A stretch of 49,612 nucleotides of DNA from Bacteroidetes bacterium UBA1860. GTDB taxonomy: Bacteria; Bacteroidota; Rhodothermia; Balneolales; Balneolaceae. A program made the translations under genes and the position numbers. A model generated the notes under the pieces. That model made no database searches, was not told the origin of the DNA, and saw nothing but the letters and a program-made list of their open reading frames with translations. Positions 27,072 to 36,629 of this stretch are shown piece by piece (the stretch's first letter is position 1; each line of letters starts with the position of its first letter). The DNA is taken from the NCBI GenBank assembly GCA_002338335.1, contig DDIC01000053.1, forward strand, positions 13,411 to 63,022, in the 5' to 3' direction.

Positions 27072-29003
27072 TTATTCCTTGGAGGGTTCCCACGTATTGT
27101 TGCTCCGATCCACATCTGCCAAAAGCATCGACTCGTCAATGGTGATAGAAACGATCTCATCGGTAGGCACCGGTACTGAGAAGGTATAAGACGGTTCTAC
27201 CCATGGCCAGTCTTCCTGAACCATCCACCCTTCGGCTTGTTCAGGGTTAGGAGTTTTCTCTCCACGCATCAGGCGAAGTGGGATATAAAATGTCCAAACT
27301 TGGCCATTTAGGTCAGTCACTTGGACTTCCAATGGCATCGGGAAGTCACCCAGTCTCTCCAGTGTTACTTCGGTTTGAGGGGCAGGCGTTGTGGACCCTT
27401 CGGTCGTGGTTTGTGTCGCGGGGGACACGGCAGCGATTGCGTAATCCACGTTCTTGGTGGTCTCAACGAAGTATTCATAATACCAGTCAAGAATCATGTC
27501 TCCTTCGTGTTCAAATATCCTTAAGAGATCTTTCCCACGTGGGTGCTTGAATTTCCATTCTTCAAAGAATCGCAGCATTGCACGATCGAAGACTTCTTCG
27601 CCCAGCATATATTTGGCTTGGCCAAGAAAGACAGCACCCTTTGAATAGGCTGCAATTCTGTAAGTAATATTGATCGTGTAATGGTCTGCATGGGTCGTCA
27701 TCACCTCTTCACGACCGGTGTTTGCGAGTGCTATATACCCTTGATATCCTGACAAGGTGCGCCCACCAAATAGTGCCTCCACAATTTCATCTGTCGCATA
27801 AGAAGTGAAGCCCTCATCCATCCAGGAATAATAGCTTTCATTAATTCCTAGGGCACCGTGATACCATGAGTGCATGAACTCATGTACGGTAACACCTACT
27901 AAAGATTGTAGTGAGCGATTTCCAGTGATTAAGGTCCCCATGATATATTCCATACCACCGTCACCCCCCTGAACGATCATGTACTCTGGGTATGGATATA
28001 GCCCAAAATGTTTGTTGGCATACTCAAAGCCTTGGACGGTAAGCTCGGGGAGTTGCTCCCAATTTGCCGTGAGTTCAGCCTGTCTGTCAGCGTCTGCATT
28101 TTCTGCCACCACATCTTGCTGATAGAAAAATCGTAATAATGGCCCCCCTGGCACTTGCGCTGTGGTATGAATGTAATCTGGATCGGCGGCCCACATAAAG
28201 TCGTGAATATTTTCCGACATAAAGTGCCAACGACGAAGTTCTCCATTTGTCGATGGGGCGCTCATGTCTGGTGTTTCACCGACGGCAGTTGTATACCCAT
28301 AACCCACTTCCTCAGGATTTTGCAACACGGCTGTTGCTGAGACAACATACTCAGGATCAATATGAATGGTCACATCAAAGGTGCCAAAGGGTGCATAAAA
28401 CTCGCGCCCGATATATGGATTGGGGTGCCATCCATCTTCATCGTAAGCTGCCACTTTGGGATACCATTGTGACATCGAAAACTCTACGCCTTCCGCATTA
28501 TCGCGACCTGAGCGACGCACCTGAAGAGGTACTTGCGCCTCCATTTCCATCTCTAGGGTTGTACTTTGTCCAGGCTGAATGGGCTCGGCTAGTTCCACAA
28601 CTAAGATGGTACCTTCCTCCGTGTACTCAACGGGTTGACCGTCTTGAGTCAGCGACGTGGCCTGAAGATAGCCAATTTCATCAGGTTGGAGCTTAGAAAT
28701 GCGATCTCGAATCCGTCGATCTGGGTCTGCAATCGTCAGAGAGCGAACATCCATCATGCTTCCTGGCTGAAACGCATTAAAAAATAGGTGGTAGTACACC
28801 TTGGTGATCACATCCGGGCTATTGTTGGTGTAGATCACCTCTTGCGTGCCAGTATATTGATGGGCCTCGGCATCTACTTTAATGTCCATGGTGTAGGCGA
28901 TTTCTTGCTGCCAGCGCGTATTTCGCTGGGCATCGGCTACCTCCACAGTGAGTAGAGTCATTAGTAGTAATAGGGAAACGAAACGGGTTGATACGTGCGT
29001 CAT
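27072..29003 (-). CDS. Secreted M1-family zinc metallopeptidase
   Basis: 643 aa with a signal peptide (MTHVSTRFVSLLLLMTLLTVEVADAQ). HEFMH-x18-E zinc motif (HEFMHSWYHGALGINESYYSWMDEG). Confidence 0.85.
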   Translation of the reverse strand: MTHVSTRFVSLLLLMTLLTVEVADAQRNTRWQQEIAYTMDIKVDAEAHQYTGTQEVIYTNNSPDVITKVYYHLFFNAFQPGSMMDVRSLTIADPDRRIRDRISKLQPDEIGYLQATSLTQDGQPVEYTEEGTILVVELAEPIQPGQSTTLEMEMEAQVPLQVRRSGRDNAEGVEFSMSQWYPKVAAYDEDGWHPNPYIGREFYAPFGTFDVTIHIDPEYVVSATAVLQNPEEVGYGYTTAVGETPDMSAPSTNGELRRWHFMSENIHDFMWAADPDYIHTTAQVPGGPLLRFFYQQDVVAENADADRQAELTANWEQLPELTVQGFEYANKHFGLYPYPEYMIVQGGDGGMEYIMGTLITGNRSLQSLVGVTVHEFMHSWYHGALGINESYYSWMDEGFTSYATDEIVEALFGGRTLSGYQGYIALANTGREEVMTTHADHYTINITYRIAAYSKGAVFLGQAKYMLGEEVFDRAMLRFFEEWKFKHPRGKDLLRIFEHEGDMILDWYYEYFVETTKNVDYAIAAVSPATQTTTEGSTTPAPQTEVTLERLGDFPMPLEVQVTDLNGQVWTFYIPLRLMRGEKTPNPEQAEGWMVQEDWPWVEPSYTFSVPVPTDEIVSITIDESMLLADVDRSNNTWEPSKE

Positions 29004-29068
29004 AGGGTGGGTGTGTTTTTTATGTTCCTTAGGGTTGGACGTAGCATGTTCAATGTATTCGTTTTACA

Positions 29069-29680
29069 TCAAAACGCAGTTCGGTTGCTGAATGCTCTTG
29101 TTAATGTCGCATCATCAATATACTCAAGATCTGTTCCCATCGGGATTCCGTAGGCAATCCTGGTCACAGTGACACCAAGCGGTTCAACAAGCTTTTGGAT
29201 GTAGTAGGAGGTGGCCTCCCCTTCAGCATCCGGATTCAGTGCAAGAATCACTTCCTTGACTGGGGTTTCAGGTGCGGCTTGACTAATCCGTTGAATTAAC
29301 TCTTTAAGGCGAAGCTCATCTGGCCCTATTTGATTCATGGGAGATAACACGCCATTGAGTACGTGGTATTGCCCTTGAAATTGATGGGTTTGCTCAATGA
29401 AATACATATCCTGGAACTCTTCCACTACGCAAAGTTGTCCTGTAGCTCGCTTTGGATTCTCACAAATTGCACAAGGGTCTGTATCGCTGAATGTACCGCA
29501 GGTTGCACAGACCTTGACTTGGGTTTTGAGGCTTAGGACTGCAGAGGCTAACTCTTGCAGTGATGATTCGGGTTGCTTAAGAAGATGAAGCGCCATACGT
29601 CGCGCTGACTTTCGTCCCGTTCCAGGAAGCTTTGCAAGTTCTTCAATCGCCCGCTCTAGTGCCTCAGAGGTAATTTTCAT
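29069..29680 (-). CDS. recR: Recombination protein RecR
   Basis: 203 aa. HhH LPGTGRKSARRMALHLL, Cys4 finger CATCGTFSDTDPCAIC and a Toprim segment VKEVILALNPDAEGEAT. Confidence 0.95.
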   Translation of the reverse strand: MKITSEALERAIEELAKLPGTGRKSARRMALHLLKQPESSLQELASAVLSLKTQVKVCATCGTFSDTDPCAICENPKRATGQLCVVEEFQDMYFIEQTHQFQGQYHVLNGVLSPMNQIGPDELRLKELIQRISQAAPETPVKEVILALNPDAEGEATSYYIQKLVEPLGVTVTRIAYGIPMGTDLEYIDDATLTRAFSNRTAF

Positions 29681-29704
29681 GTGATGGGTTTACGGATTAA
29701 TCAT

Positions 29705-31377
29705 CTACTGTTTGAGCTCAGCGCCGAAGCGTTTGACCAGCTCTGCCACAACGGGGTCTTTTTGCTGAATCTCTTTGAACGCTTCAAAGGGATCTCGTGT
29801 GGATGCAGGGGCCATGAGAGAAGGGTCCACTTGGACCTTTAGTTTTGGCTTATGTCCCAGATGCTGCTTAAGCCACTCTCGAAGTGTCGCATCATGCTCC
29901 TCAATCATCTTTACACCAAATTCGGAGTCGACTCGTAACTCAAGAGAATCCTCTTTGTAGTTTGTAATAACGGTTTTTTGAAGTTGTAAGCTTAAAAAAC
30001 GACTCACGGTTCCATTCAGGTCAGAGACCCATTGCATCCACTGATCTTGGATGGTTTGTAAGGGTAACGGCGTGAATGAGTCACCGCTGCCGATCGAGGG
30101 TGACGCAGTCGTTTTGGAAGAGGCTACCTCCCCATTTTCGCCGAATAACTTTGGAACGGGACCAATCGCCGTAGTGCTTTTGGGCGGTGGGGGAGGCGGT
30201 GCGGAAGGCGGTTTGGGTGAGGCAGTCGGCTTTGGTGGCTCAGCCGGTGGCGCCGTGTTTAATCTTTTTTTTTTGCCCCAGATAGCTGGGACTTAAGTGC
30301 TGCCAATTCAGAGGATGGCGTCATGTGTGCAAGTTTGGCAATCAGAACCTCAACCTGTATTCGAGGTTGTCGTGCCTCCCTCACATGCATTTGTGCTTGA
30401 TTCACCAAATGTATACCCCTAAGTGCATCTTCCGAGCTCAACGCTTTGGCGGCTTCAAGGTATCGTTGTAGAGTATCCTGTGTCGCTTCAATGTAGGGAA
30501 CAGTTTGCTCATCCTTCGCCAAATAGATATGACGAAAATGCTCCGTCATCGAGCCGAGAAATTCCTGAATATCGATTCCATCTTGCATTAACTCTTGGAA
30601 TCGAACCAATGCATCTGCTGCATGCCCTGTACCTAAACAACCCGAAAAAAGGAACAAGTCCTCAACGTCAACGGCATGGAATGCCTCCAAAATTGCGCTA
30701 TAGGTAATAGATGTCCCACAAAAGGCTACTGCTTGATCCATCAGGCTTAATGCATCTCTAAGCGCTCCGTCAGCACGTTTCGCGATCAAGTGTAGCGATT
30801 CTTGGTCGATCGTAATGCCCTCTTTCTGTGCAATCACCGAGAGCCTAGAAACAATCTCATCCGTTTCGATACGACGAAAATCAAACCGTTGGACGCGAGA
30901 AAGAATCGTAGGAAGTACTTTGTGAGGTTCCGTTGTCGCAAAAATAAATACAACATGTGCGGGCGGTTCTTCTAAGGTCTTGAGTAACGCATTGAACGCC
31001 GCTTTACTGAGCATGTGCACCTCATCAATGATGTACACCTTATAACGACCATTTTGAGGGGGTATTCGAACGCTTTCCCGAAGGCTATGGACATCCTCCA
31101 CTTTGTTGTTGGAAGCAGCATCAATCTCTGTGATGTTGAGCGTTTGGTTTAGCTGCTCACCATCTACAGAGCCATCTACATGATTAATAGTTCGCGCCAG
31201 TACCCTAGCCATCGTTGTTTTACCGACGCCCCGGGGGCCACAAAACATGTACGCGTGCGCAAGGCGATCATGTTCAATCGCATTCTTAAGTGTATTACTT
31301 ACATGCTCTTGCGCGACAATATCCTCAAAGGAGGATGGGCGATAAACTCGGGTCAGTGCGCGGTACGATTCAGCCAT
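29705..31377 (-). CDS. dnaX: DNA polymerase III subunit tau, full length (557 aa) only if a -1 shift or a 1-nt A insertion occurs at the A10 tract
   Basis: The 0-frame stops at 30259..30261. The -1 frame is open from 30292 to the stop at 29705..29707. After the A-run it encodes RLNTAPPAEPPKPTASPKPPSAPPPPPPKSTTAIG... (a Pro-rich linker), then the 110-aa ORF 29705..30037 (MQWVSDLNGTVSRFLS...), which looks like a DnaX C-terminal region. The gene sits directly upstream of recR, as in the classical dnaX-recR arrangement. Confidence 0.7.
30259..31377 (-). CDS. dnaX: dnaX 0-frame product (gamma-like, 372 aa: AAA+ clamp-loader modules only)
   Basis: FCGPRGVGKTTMARVLA Walker A, YIIDEVHMLS Walker B, SRVQRF sensor motif. 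Ends ...SGAKKKD-stop immediately after the A10 run. Confidence 0.9.
   Translation of the reverse strand: MAESYRALTRVYRPSSFEDIVAQEHVSNTLKNAIEHDRLAHAYMFCGPRGVGKTTMARVLARTINHVDGSVDGEQLNQTLNITEIDAASNNKVEDVHSLRESVRIPPQNGRYKVYIIDEVHMLSKAAFNALLKTLEEPPAHVVFIFATTEPHKVLPTILSRVQRFDFRRIETDEIVSRLSVIAQKEGITIDQESLHLIAKRADGALRDALSLMDQAVAFCGTSITYSAILEAFHAVDVEDLFLFSGCLGTGHAADALVRFQELMQDGIDIQEFLGSMTEHFRHIYLAKDEQTVPYIEATQDTLQRYLEAAKALSSEDALRGIHLVNQAQMHVREARQPRIQVEVLIAKLAHMTPSSELAALKSQLSGAKKKD
30265..30274 (-). other. A10 homopolymer (T10 on the plus strand): candidate slippery/recoding site in dnaX
   Basis: Minus strand reads GGG GCA AAA AAA AAA GAT TAA. The -1 frame reads GGC AAA AAA AAA AGA TTA AAC and stays open. 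Confidence 0.6.
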
Positions 31378-31416
31378 GGTGGAACTTACAAAATCTACAC
31401 CTTAAGGGGGGCTCTA

Positions 31417-33564
31417 TCAGAGATTTTCCTCGAAAAATTCAAAGATCCGTTCATACTCATCAATCCACGAATCTGGATCTTGAAATCCATGCGGTTCGGA
31501 CGGATACATCATCATATCAAAGTCCTTATCCCCTGCCTGGATCAAGGCTTCGATGTATTGTGCAGCATCTTGGAACCCTACATTATCGTCAACAAGACCA
31601 TGCAAAATAAGTACAGGTCGTTCTAAATCGTCCACTAAATCGAGTGGGCTACTCCGCTCATAATGCACTGGATTGTCTTCTGGGGTTCCAAGCCTCGGTA
31701 GCGTATACCACGGGTTTGCGTAGAAATAGTTTCGCCAATTGGTCACCGCGCGCAATGCAGCAGCTGCATGAAAATGATCAGGTTCAACCGTTGCAGCGTA
31801 CAGGGCCATAAAGCCCCCATAACTTCCTCCATAGATTCCAACCCGGTCACGATCCACATAATCCCCATTTTCGGCAATCCAATCGAGTCCATCGATGATA
31901 TCTTGGGTGTCATATTTACCCATCCAGTTGGTGACATCTTCCCTAAACTTGCGACCATATCCAGTGCTATGGCGATAATCCACTTCGACCACAACGTATC
32001 CCCGGGTAGTGAGCCACTGATGGAACATATATTCACGGTAATAACTATTTGAGAACCCTTTAAAGACATTTTGGAGTGACCCCGCACCATGCACAAATAC
32101 GACCGTGGGGTATTGCTTGCCAGACCCTGGCTGATAGTCCTCTGGAGTAAGAATCGACATGGATAATCCTGTCTCCCCGTCACGACCTGTAAAGCGAACA
32201 TACTGTTCCGTTTGCCAGTCGATTTGAGTGAACGCTTCTGGGACGGTTTGTGTCAGTTGAATCTCACCTCGGGGCCGTCTTAAGTCCAATCTGTACAGAT
32301 CATAGGGTTGATTAAAGGTTGTATAGGCGTACAGAAGATGTCGTTTATCTGGGCTCAGGCGAAATTGATAGCGGTAGCCCTCCGCTTCGGTTAATGTTTC
32401 AGTCGAGGCGTCACGAAGATCGAGTAAAGCCACCTGTCGTTCGCCTAAATCTTTTTGCGTCGTCGCCATGACAATCATTTCATCATCCACCCACTCCGCA
32501 AATGGGATGTCGTAGGATCCTGTAGTGTATTGCTTCAAACCAGAACCATCCGGCGAAACAGTGTAGATGTGGTTCCAACCCGATTGCTCCGATTGAAACA
32601 TCAGCACATCCTTAGAGGGTGCGAAAGCCATGTTTCGGCCATACATCCAGCCCTCTGTTGAATCTTCAAACACGATGGTCGATTGCTCCGACGCAGATGC
32701 CCATACATGAATTTGACGTTTTTTCATGGGTGCATCGACCGCATCCAAGGCTAGGTATGAACCTGTGGGACTCACCTGTGTGCTGACCCATCCTTTTGAG
32801 CGCAATAACTCCGTTGAGGAGGTGGAGTCGAGGTGCATTACCGAGTAGGTCGTGGTGTAGAGACCTCTTCTTGATTCCCCAGGCTCCACAAAGGTGTCTA
32901 CATACTCAGGAAAATAGACAAGTCGTGTGTCCGAATTATCCCGAGAAACCAAAAGAAGGTGTTCATTGGATGCCCAGCCTGCAAAATTTTGGCCGTCTGC
33001 GTTGTCGTTATCTAAGACCTTTTGGACCGATCTGTTGCCCATCGTCATGACCCAAATATCTCCATCCTGTGCCCACGCTATCTTGGATCCATCTGGTGAC
33101 CATTGGGGCAAGGGGAGGCGGTCTTTGGATGCGATAATCTGCTCCGGGTTTTTGAATCGGTGATTTTCCATTGTGGCGGATGCCAGAAAAACGGCTTGGT
33201 CTTCGACATACAACGCCTGTGATCGATCAGGAGATAGGCGATAACTAAGGGTCGCATCGGTGCCAACTGTATCTACAACAGCACCTTTAGCGTCCACAAC
33301 AAATGTTTTACGGCCTGCTTTGGCCGAATCATTCCAAGTAAAATAGATTTGCTGGGCGTCGGGGGAGATCGCCCTCAAACTGGGACGTACACCTGGCAAA
33401 AAAGGCTCATCAAAGATGCGATGAAAGGGTAGGTCCGCAGGGGAAGTGATGGCAGGGGCGTCCTGCGCTGAGAGGGTGACTTGTGCTTGAGCATGGGGCG
33501 TGGATGCAATGAGGGCGCACGCCAAAAAGGCCCAAAGATGGGGTGTCGTGATGGATCGATGCAT
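31417..33564 (-). CDS. Secreted S9-family serine peptidase (prolyl oligopeptidase/dipeptidyl-peptidase type) with an N-terminal beta-propeller
   Basis: 715 aa with a signal peptide. Nucleophile elbow GGSYGGFMA, then LHGLVDDNV (Asp) and SEPHGF (His). Confidence 0.85.
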   Translation of the reverse strand: MHRSITTPHLWAFLACALIASTPHAQAQVTLSAQDAPAITSPADLPFHRIFDEPFLPGVRPSLRAISPDAQQIYFTWNDSAKAGRKTFVVDAKGAVVDTVGTDATLSYRLSPDRSQALYVEDQAVFLASATMENHRFKNPEQIIASKDRLPLPQWSPDGSKIAWAQDGDIWVMTMGNRSVQKVLDNDNADGQNFAGWASNEHLLLVSRDNSDTRLVYFPEYVDTFVEPGESRRGLYTTTYSVMHLDSTSSTELLRSKGWVSTQVSPTGSYLALDAVDAPMKKRQIHVWASASEQSTIVFEDSTEGWMYGRNMAFAPSKDVLMFQSEQSGWNHIYTVSPDGSGLKQYTTGSYDIPFAEWVDDEMIVMATTQKDLGERQVALLDLRDASTETLTEAEGYRYQFRLSPDKRHLLYAYTTFNQPYDLYRLDLRRPRGEIQLTQTVPEAFTQIDWQTEQYVRFTGRDGETGLSMSILTPEDYQPGSGKQYPTVVFVHGAGSLQNVFKGFSNSYYREYMFHQWLTTRGYVVVEVDYRHSTGYGRKFREDVTNWMGKYDTQDIIDGLDWIAENGDYVDRDRVGIYGGSYGGFMALYAATVEPDHFHAAAALRAVTNWRNYFYANPWYTLPRLGTPEDNPVHYERSSPLDLVDDLERPVLILHGLVDDNVGFQDAAQYIEALIQAGDKDFDMMMYPSEPHGFQDPDSWIDEYERIFEFFEENL

Positions 33565-33572
33565 GGAGCTTT

Positions 33573-34976
33573 TTATGGGAATATGCCCATTTGCTCGTAA
33601 ATCGTCCCAACTTTATTGATCGCCACAATGAATGAAGCAGTTCTAAGGTCCACATCATACTCCGAGCGTGCCCCCAAAATTTCATTGTAGGCTGTCACCA
33701 TCGTCTCTTCAAGCCCCGACTTGACAAGCTCAAATTCCCCTGCCCCTTGTGTAAGGTTGAGCCTCTCAATGTCACTAAACTTGATTGATGAAAGGTTCTC
33801 GACAGCGTCCAACACATTGCGGAGAGCGTTTTCGTCAAAACGTTTCTCTATCCGACCAAAACGGACGTGTTGAAGGTTTTTAAGCCATTCAAAATAACTG
33901 ACCACTACACCGCCAGCATTGAGATAGGCATCTGGAATAATTAATACCCCTTTTTCCTTCAAGATGTCATGCGCCTCGGATGACGTTGGCCCGTTGGCCG
34001 CTTCTGCGAGAATTTTGACTTTCACATCTTTGGCATTCCCTTCATTGATTTGGTTTTCTAGCGCAGCAGGAATTAAGATGTCTGCAGGCTCTGTAAGTAC
34101 CGTTGACTTATCGGGCAGGTTGATGGCCCCTTCAAAGTCCATAATGGAGCCTGTTTCATTGCGAAATGCCATTAGCGATTCTAGATCTATGCCGTCTTTT
34201 TTGTAGATCGATCCTTCTTGCTCGGCAACCCCAACGAGTGAGGCGCCAGCTTCGGTCATGTACTTTGAGGCATGATAGCCTACGTTACCAAGACCTTGGA
34301 CAATAAATGTTTTGCCGTCCACTCCCGTTTCAAGGCCAAGGGCTTTCATATCGTCGGCTTTGCTGCATGCCTCGCGAATGCCAAAGAAAACACCCATGCC
34401 TGTGGCCTCAGTACGTCCACGAACACCGCCTTGCTGGATCGGTTTTCCTGTCACGCACCCTTCAGCATTTAGGTCGTTGGAGAATTGTCGATAAGTGTCA
34501 ACAATCCATCCCATTTCTCTAGACCCCGTTCCATAGTCGGGGGCTGGCACATCCACAGCTGGGCCTATGAAATTCTTTTTGATGAGTTCATACGTATATC
34601 GACGAGTGATCCGCTCCATCTCTTTGTCGCTGTATTTGCGCTTATCGACAGCAATACCCCCTTTTGCGCCACCAAAGGGCACATCCACGAGGGCACACTT
34701 GTAGGTCATCAGTGCAGCAAGCGCTTTGGTCTCATCTTCATTTACGATGCGACTATACCGAATCCCCCCTTTTGTCGGCAGCTTGTGGTGAGAGTGCTCC
34801 ACTCTCCATCCCTTAATCACATCAATCGATCCATCATCCCTACGTATCGGGAACGTGATCTCATAGACCTGGTTTGCAATTTTAATTTGGTCAAGAAGCC
34901 CTTTTTCGAAGCGGGTGTACGGAGCAGCTTTGTCAAAATTTTTATTGACCTGCTCAAAGAATTTGTAGGTAGACAT
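33573..34976 (-). CDS. gdhA: Glutamate dehydrogenase (Glu/Leu/Phe/Val dehydrogenase family)
   Basis: 467 aa. Catalytic-Lys region VPFGGAKGGI and Rossmann motif VQGLGNVGYHASKY. Confidence 0.93.
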   Translation of the reverse strand: MSTYKFFEQVNKNFDKAAPYTRFEKGLLDQIKIANQVYEITFPIRRDDGSIDVIKGWRVEHSHHKLPTKGGIRYSRIVNEDETKALAALMTYKCALVDVPFGGAKGGIAVDKRKYSDKEMERITRRYTYELIKKNFIGPAVDVPAPDYGTGSREMGWIVDTYRQFSNDLNAEGCVTGKPIQQGGVRGRTEATGMGVFFGIREACSKADDMKALGLETGVDGKTFIVQGLGNVGYHASKYMTEAGASLVGVAEQEGSIYKKDGIDLESLMAFRNETGSIMDFEGAINLPDKSTVLTEPADILIPAALENQINEGNAKDVKVKILAEAANGPTSSEAHDILKEKGVLIIPDAYLNAGGVVVSYFEWLKNLQHVRFGRIEKRFDENALRNVLDAVENLSSIKFSDIERLNLTQGAGEFELVKSGLEETMVTAYNEILGARSEYDVDLRTASFIVAINKVGTIYEQMGIFP

Positions 34977-35136
34977 CAGATTTTACTAGCTCCAGGCTCG
35001 TTTGGTTGTGGGTCGAGCATACTGAATAATTGCGTGAATTTATTTACGCATGGGTCATATCAAAGTTCAGGAGATTTTCGATATTTCGATAATGTTTTTT
35101 TCATTCTTTTTACCAACCTCCTAGGCGCAACCCATT

Positions 35137-36312
35137 ATGCTGAAAACCTCACGATCGAACGCAACATTATTAAGCCTAAGCATCCTTCTCATCTCGTGTG
35201 GGTCACCTGCACCAGAAGAGCCTTTGGAGACGTTGGGTGAGCGCCCCATCATCACCCTTGATGAAACCATTATCACGGAGGCAACTCCAGCAGCAAATAT
35301 GGATTCACCTGCCATTTGGTTGGGAGAGGAGGAGACGTGGGTCATCGTGACAGCCAAAGAAGAGGATGTGTTGTATGTTCATCGGGCCTCTGATGGCGCA
35401 TTGCTCCGAAAAGTTGGGGGGTCTGGCCAAGAGTTAGGCCAACTTGAGCGGCCTAATGGTGTTGTGGTAGTGGACGATTTGGTGTTTGTCGCAGAGCGTG
35501 ATAATCAAAGGGTGCAGGTGATGCAATTGCCCGATTTCAAGGTCATTGGGGCGTTTGGGAGCGAAACACTCACCGAGCCGTACGGCCTTGATGTGATGCA
35601 CTTTTTCGGGCAGGGATACGTGGTGTTAGTGACTGATAATGTGGGTGCTAGAGACGAAGAACCTGCTCCCGCGGAGATTTTAGCCAAGCGAGTGAATGTG
35701 TTTTCCTTTATTGCAGATCGTGAAAGCCCCTCTGGCGAGGTTGTTGGGTTTGAATCCTCCTTTGAAGGTGCCTTTGGGAATACCGATGGGGACGGCGCGT
35801 TGTGGGTGGTGGAATCGATCAAAATCGATCCAACACTGGGCACGATTTTGGTGGCAGACGAATCACCCATGCGCAAAAACCTCAAGGTCTATGATGCGCT
35901 CGATAATGAGTGGAATATGGGGGTCTATCGCGGGCGTACGTTTGGGGAAGATCTTTTTTTGAGTGAGCCCGAGGGCATTGTACTAGGCGTTTGCCGAAAC
36001 AGTGCGGGTGAAGATGTAGAGCAAGGGGTATGGATTGCGGTCGATCAAGAAGAGCGCGTGAATCATTTCTTGGCTTTTGATCGTGTGACGTTTGAGCACC
36101 TTGGGACCTTTCGTGGTGCCGTCACGCTGAATACTGATGGAATTTCACTGCTGCAAGAAGGCCGAAATGCACCGTTTGAACGTGGCATTTTTGCCTCCGT
36201 TGATGATGATCAAGCCACTAGCTTTTTTCGCTGGGATGAAATTGTGGCAAGTCTAGATTTGGAACTTACGTGCCCTGAGGGTTCGTCTCTTCTTCCTCTG
36301 AATGAAGACTAA
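35137..36312 (+). CDS. Beta-propeller phytase-like lipoprotein
   Basis: Lipobox LSILLISCGS. Segments align by eye to Bacillus-type 3-phytase: MDSPAIW (vs DDPAIW), TEPYGLDV, ILVADES, SEPEGIVL, LNTDGISL, GIFASVDDDQATSFFRWDEIV. Confidence 0.6.
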   Translation: MLKTSRSNATLLSLSILLISCGSPAPEEPLETLGERPIITLDETIITEATPAANMDSPAIWLGEEETWVIVTAKEEDVLYVHRASDGALLRKVGGSGQELGQLERPNGVVVVDDLVFVAERDNQRVQVMQLPDFKVIGAFGSETLTEPYGLDVMHFFGQGYVVLVTDNVGARDEEPAPAEILAKRVNVFSFIADRESPSGEVVGFESSFEGAFGNTDGDGALWVVESIKIDPTLGTILVADESPMRKNLKVYDALDNEWNMGVYRGRTFGEDLFLSEPEGIVLGVCRNSAGEDVEQGVWIAVDQEERVNHFLAFDRVTFEHLGTFRGAVTLNTDGISLLQEGRNAPFERGIFASVDDDQATSFFRWDEIVASLDLELTCPEGSSLLPLNED

Positions 36313-36544
36313 ATACATTCATGAGAAACAGAAGGAAGGCTGTGCCTAGCCCTGCATAAACCAGTGGGCCAAAGATCTCAAAATAGACCATAATGGATCC
36401 AATGATGATGCTAGAGGCGGCTCCAGATAAAAGATTCCCAATCGTGCCTAATGCCCGTTTGCCCATGATCATGTCTACGATGTAGCCAACAAGTAGGCCG
36501 ACTGAGAACATGAAGTAAATATTTTGTGCGTTTAATTCGTCCAT
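36266..36544 (-). CDS. GlsB/YeaQ/YmgE-family small stress membrane protein
   Basis: 92 aa with three hydrophobic Gly-rich helices (FSVGLLVGYIVDMIMGKR..., GNLLSGAASSIIIGSIM..., AGLGTAFLLFLMNVF). Its 3' end overlaps the convergent phytase-like gene by 47 nt. Confidence 0.6.
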   Translation of the reverse strand: MDELNAQNIYFMFSVGLLVGYIVDMIMGKRALGTIGNLLSGAASSIIIGSIMVYFEIFGPLVYAGLGTAFLLFLMNVFSLHSEEEETNPQGT

Positions 36545-36629
36545 TCCGAAATGACAACGTTCAATTTAAGGTGCTCGCTTCTTTCCACATGCGCTCATGG
36601 TTTGTGGAGCTACTAAGGTAAGAAATCTC

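Noticed and set aside
30051-30296. 81-aa Gly-rich plus-strand ORF (…GGGGGAEGGLGEAVGFGGSAGG…)
   Set aside because: It is the antisense image of the Pro-rich tau linker encoded on the minus strand in the dnaX -1 frame, so it is not an independent gene.
34485-35240. 251-aa plus-strand ORF spanning the gdh 5' half and the intergenic region
   Set aside because: It is antisense to the strongly supported glutamate dehydrogenase gene. It also runs through the promoter spacer into the phytase-like gene in another frame, and has no motifs. I treat it as a shadow ORF.
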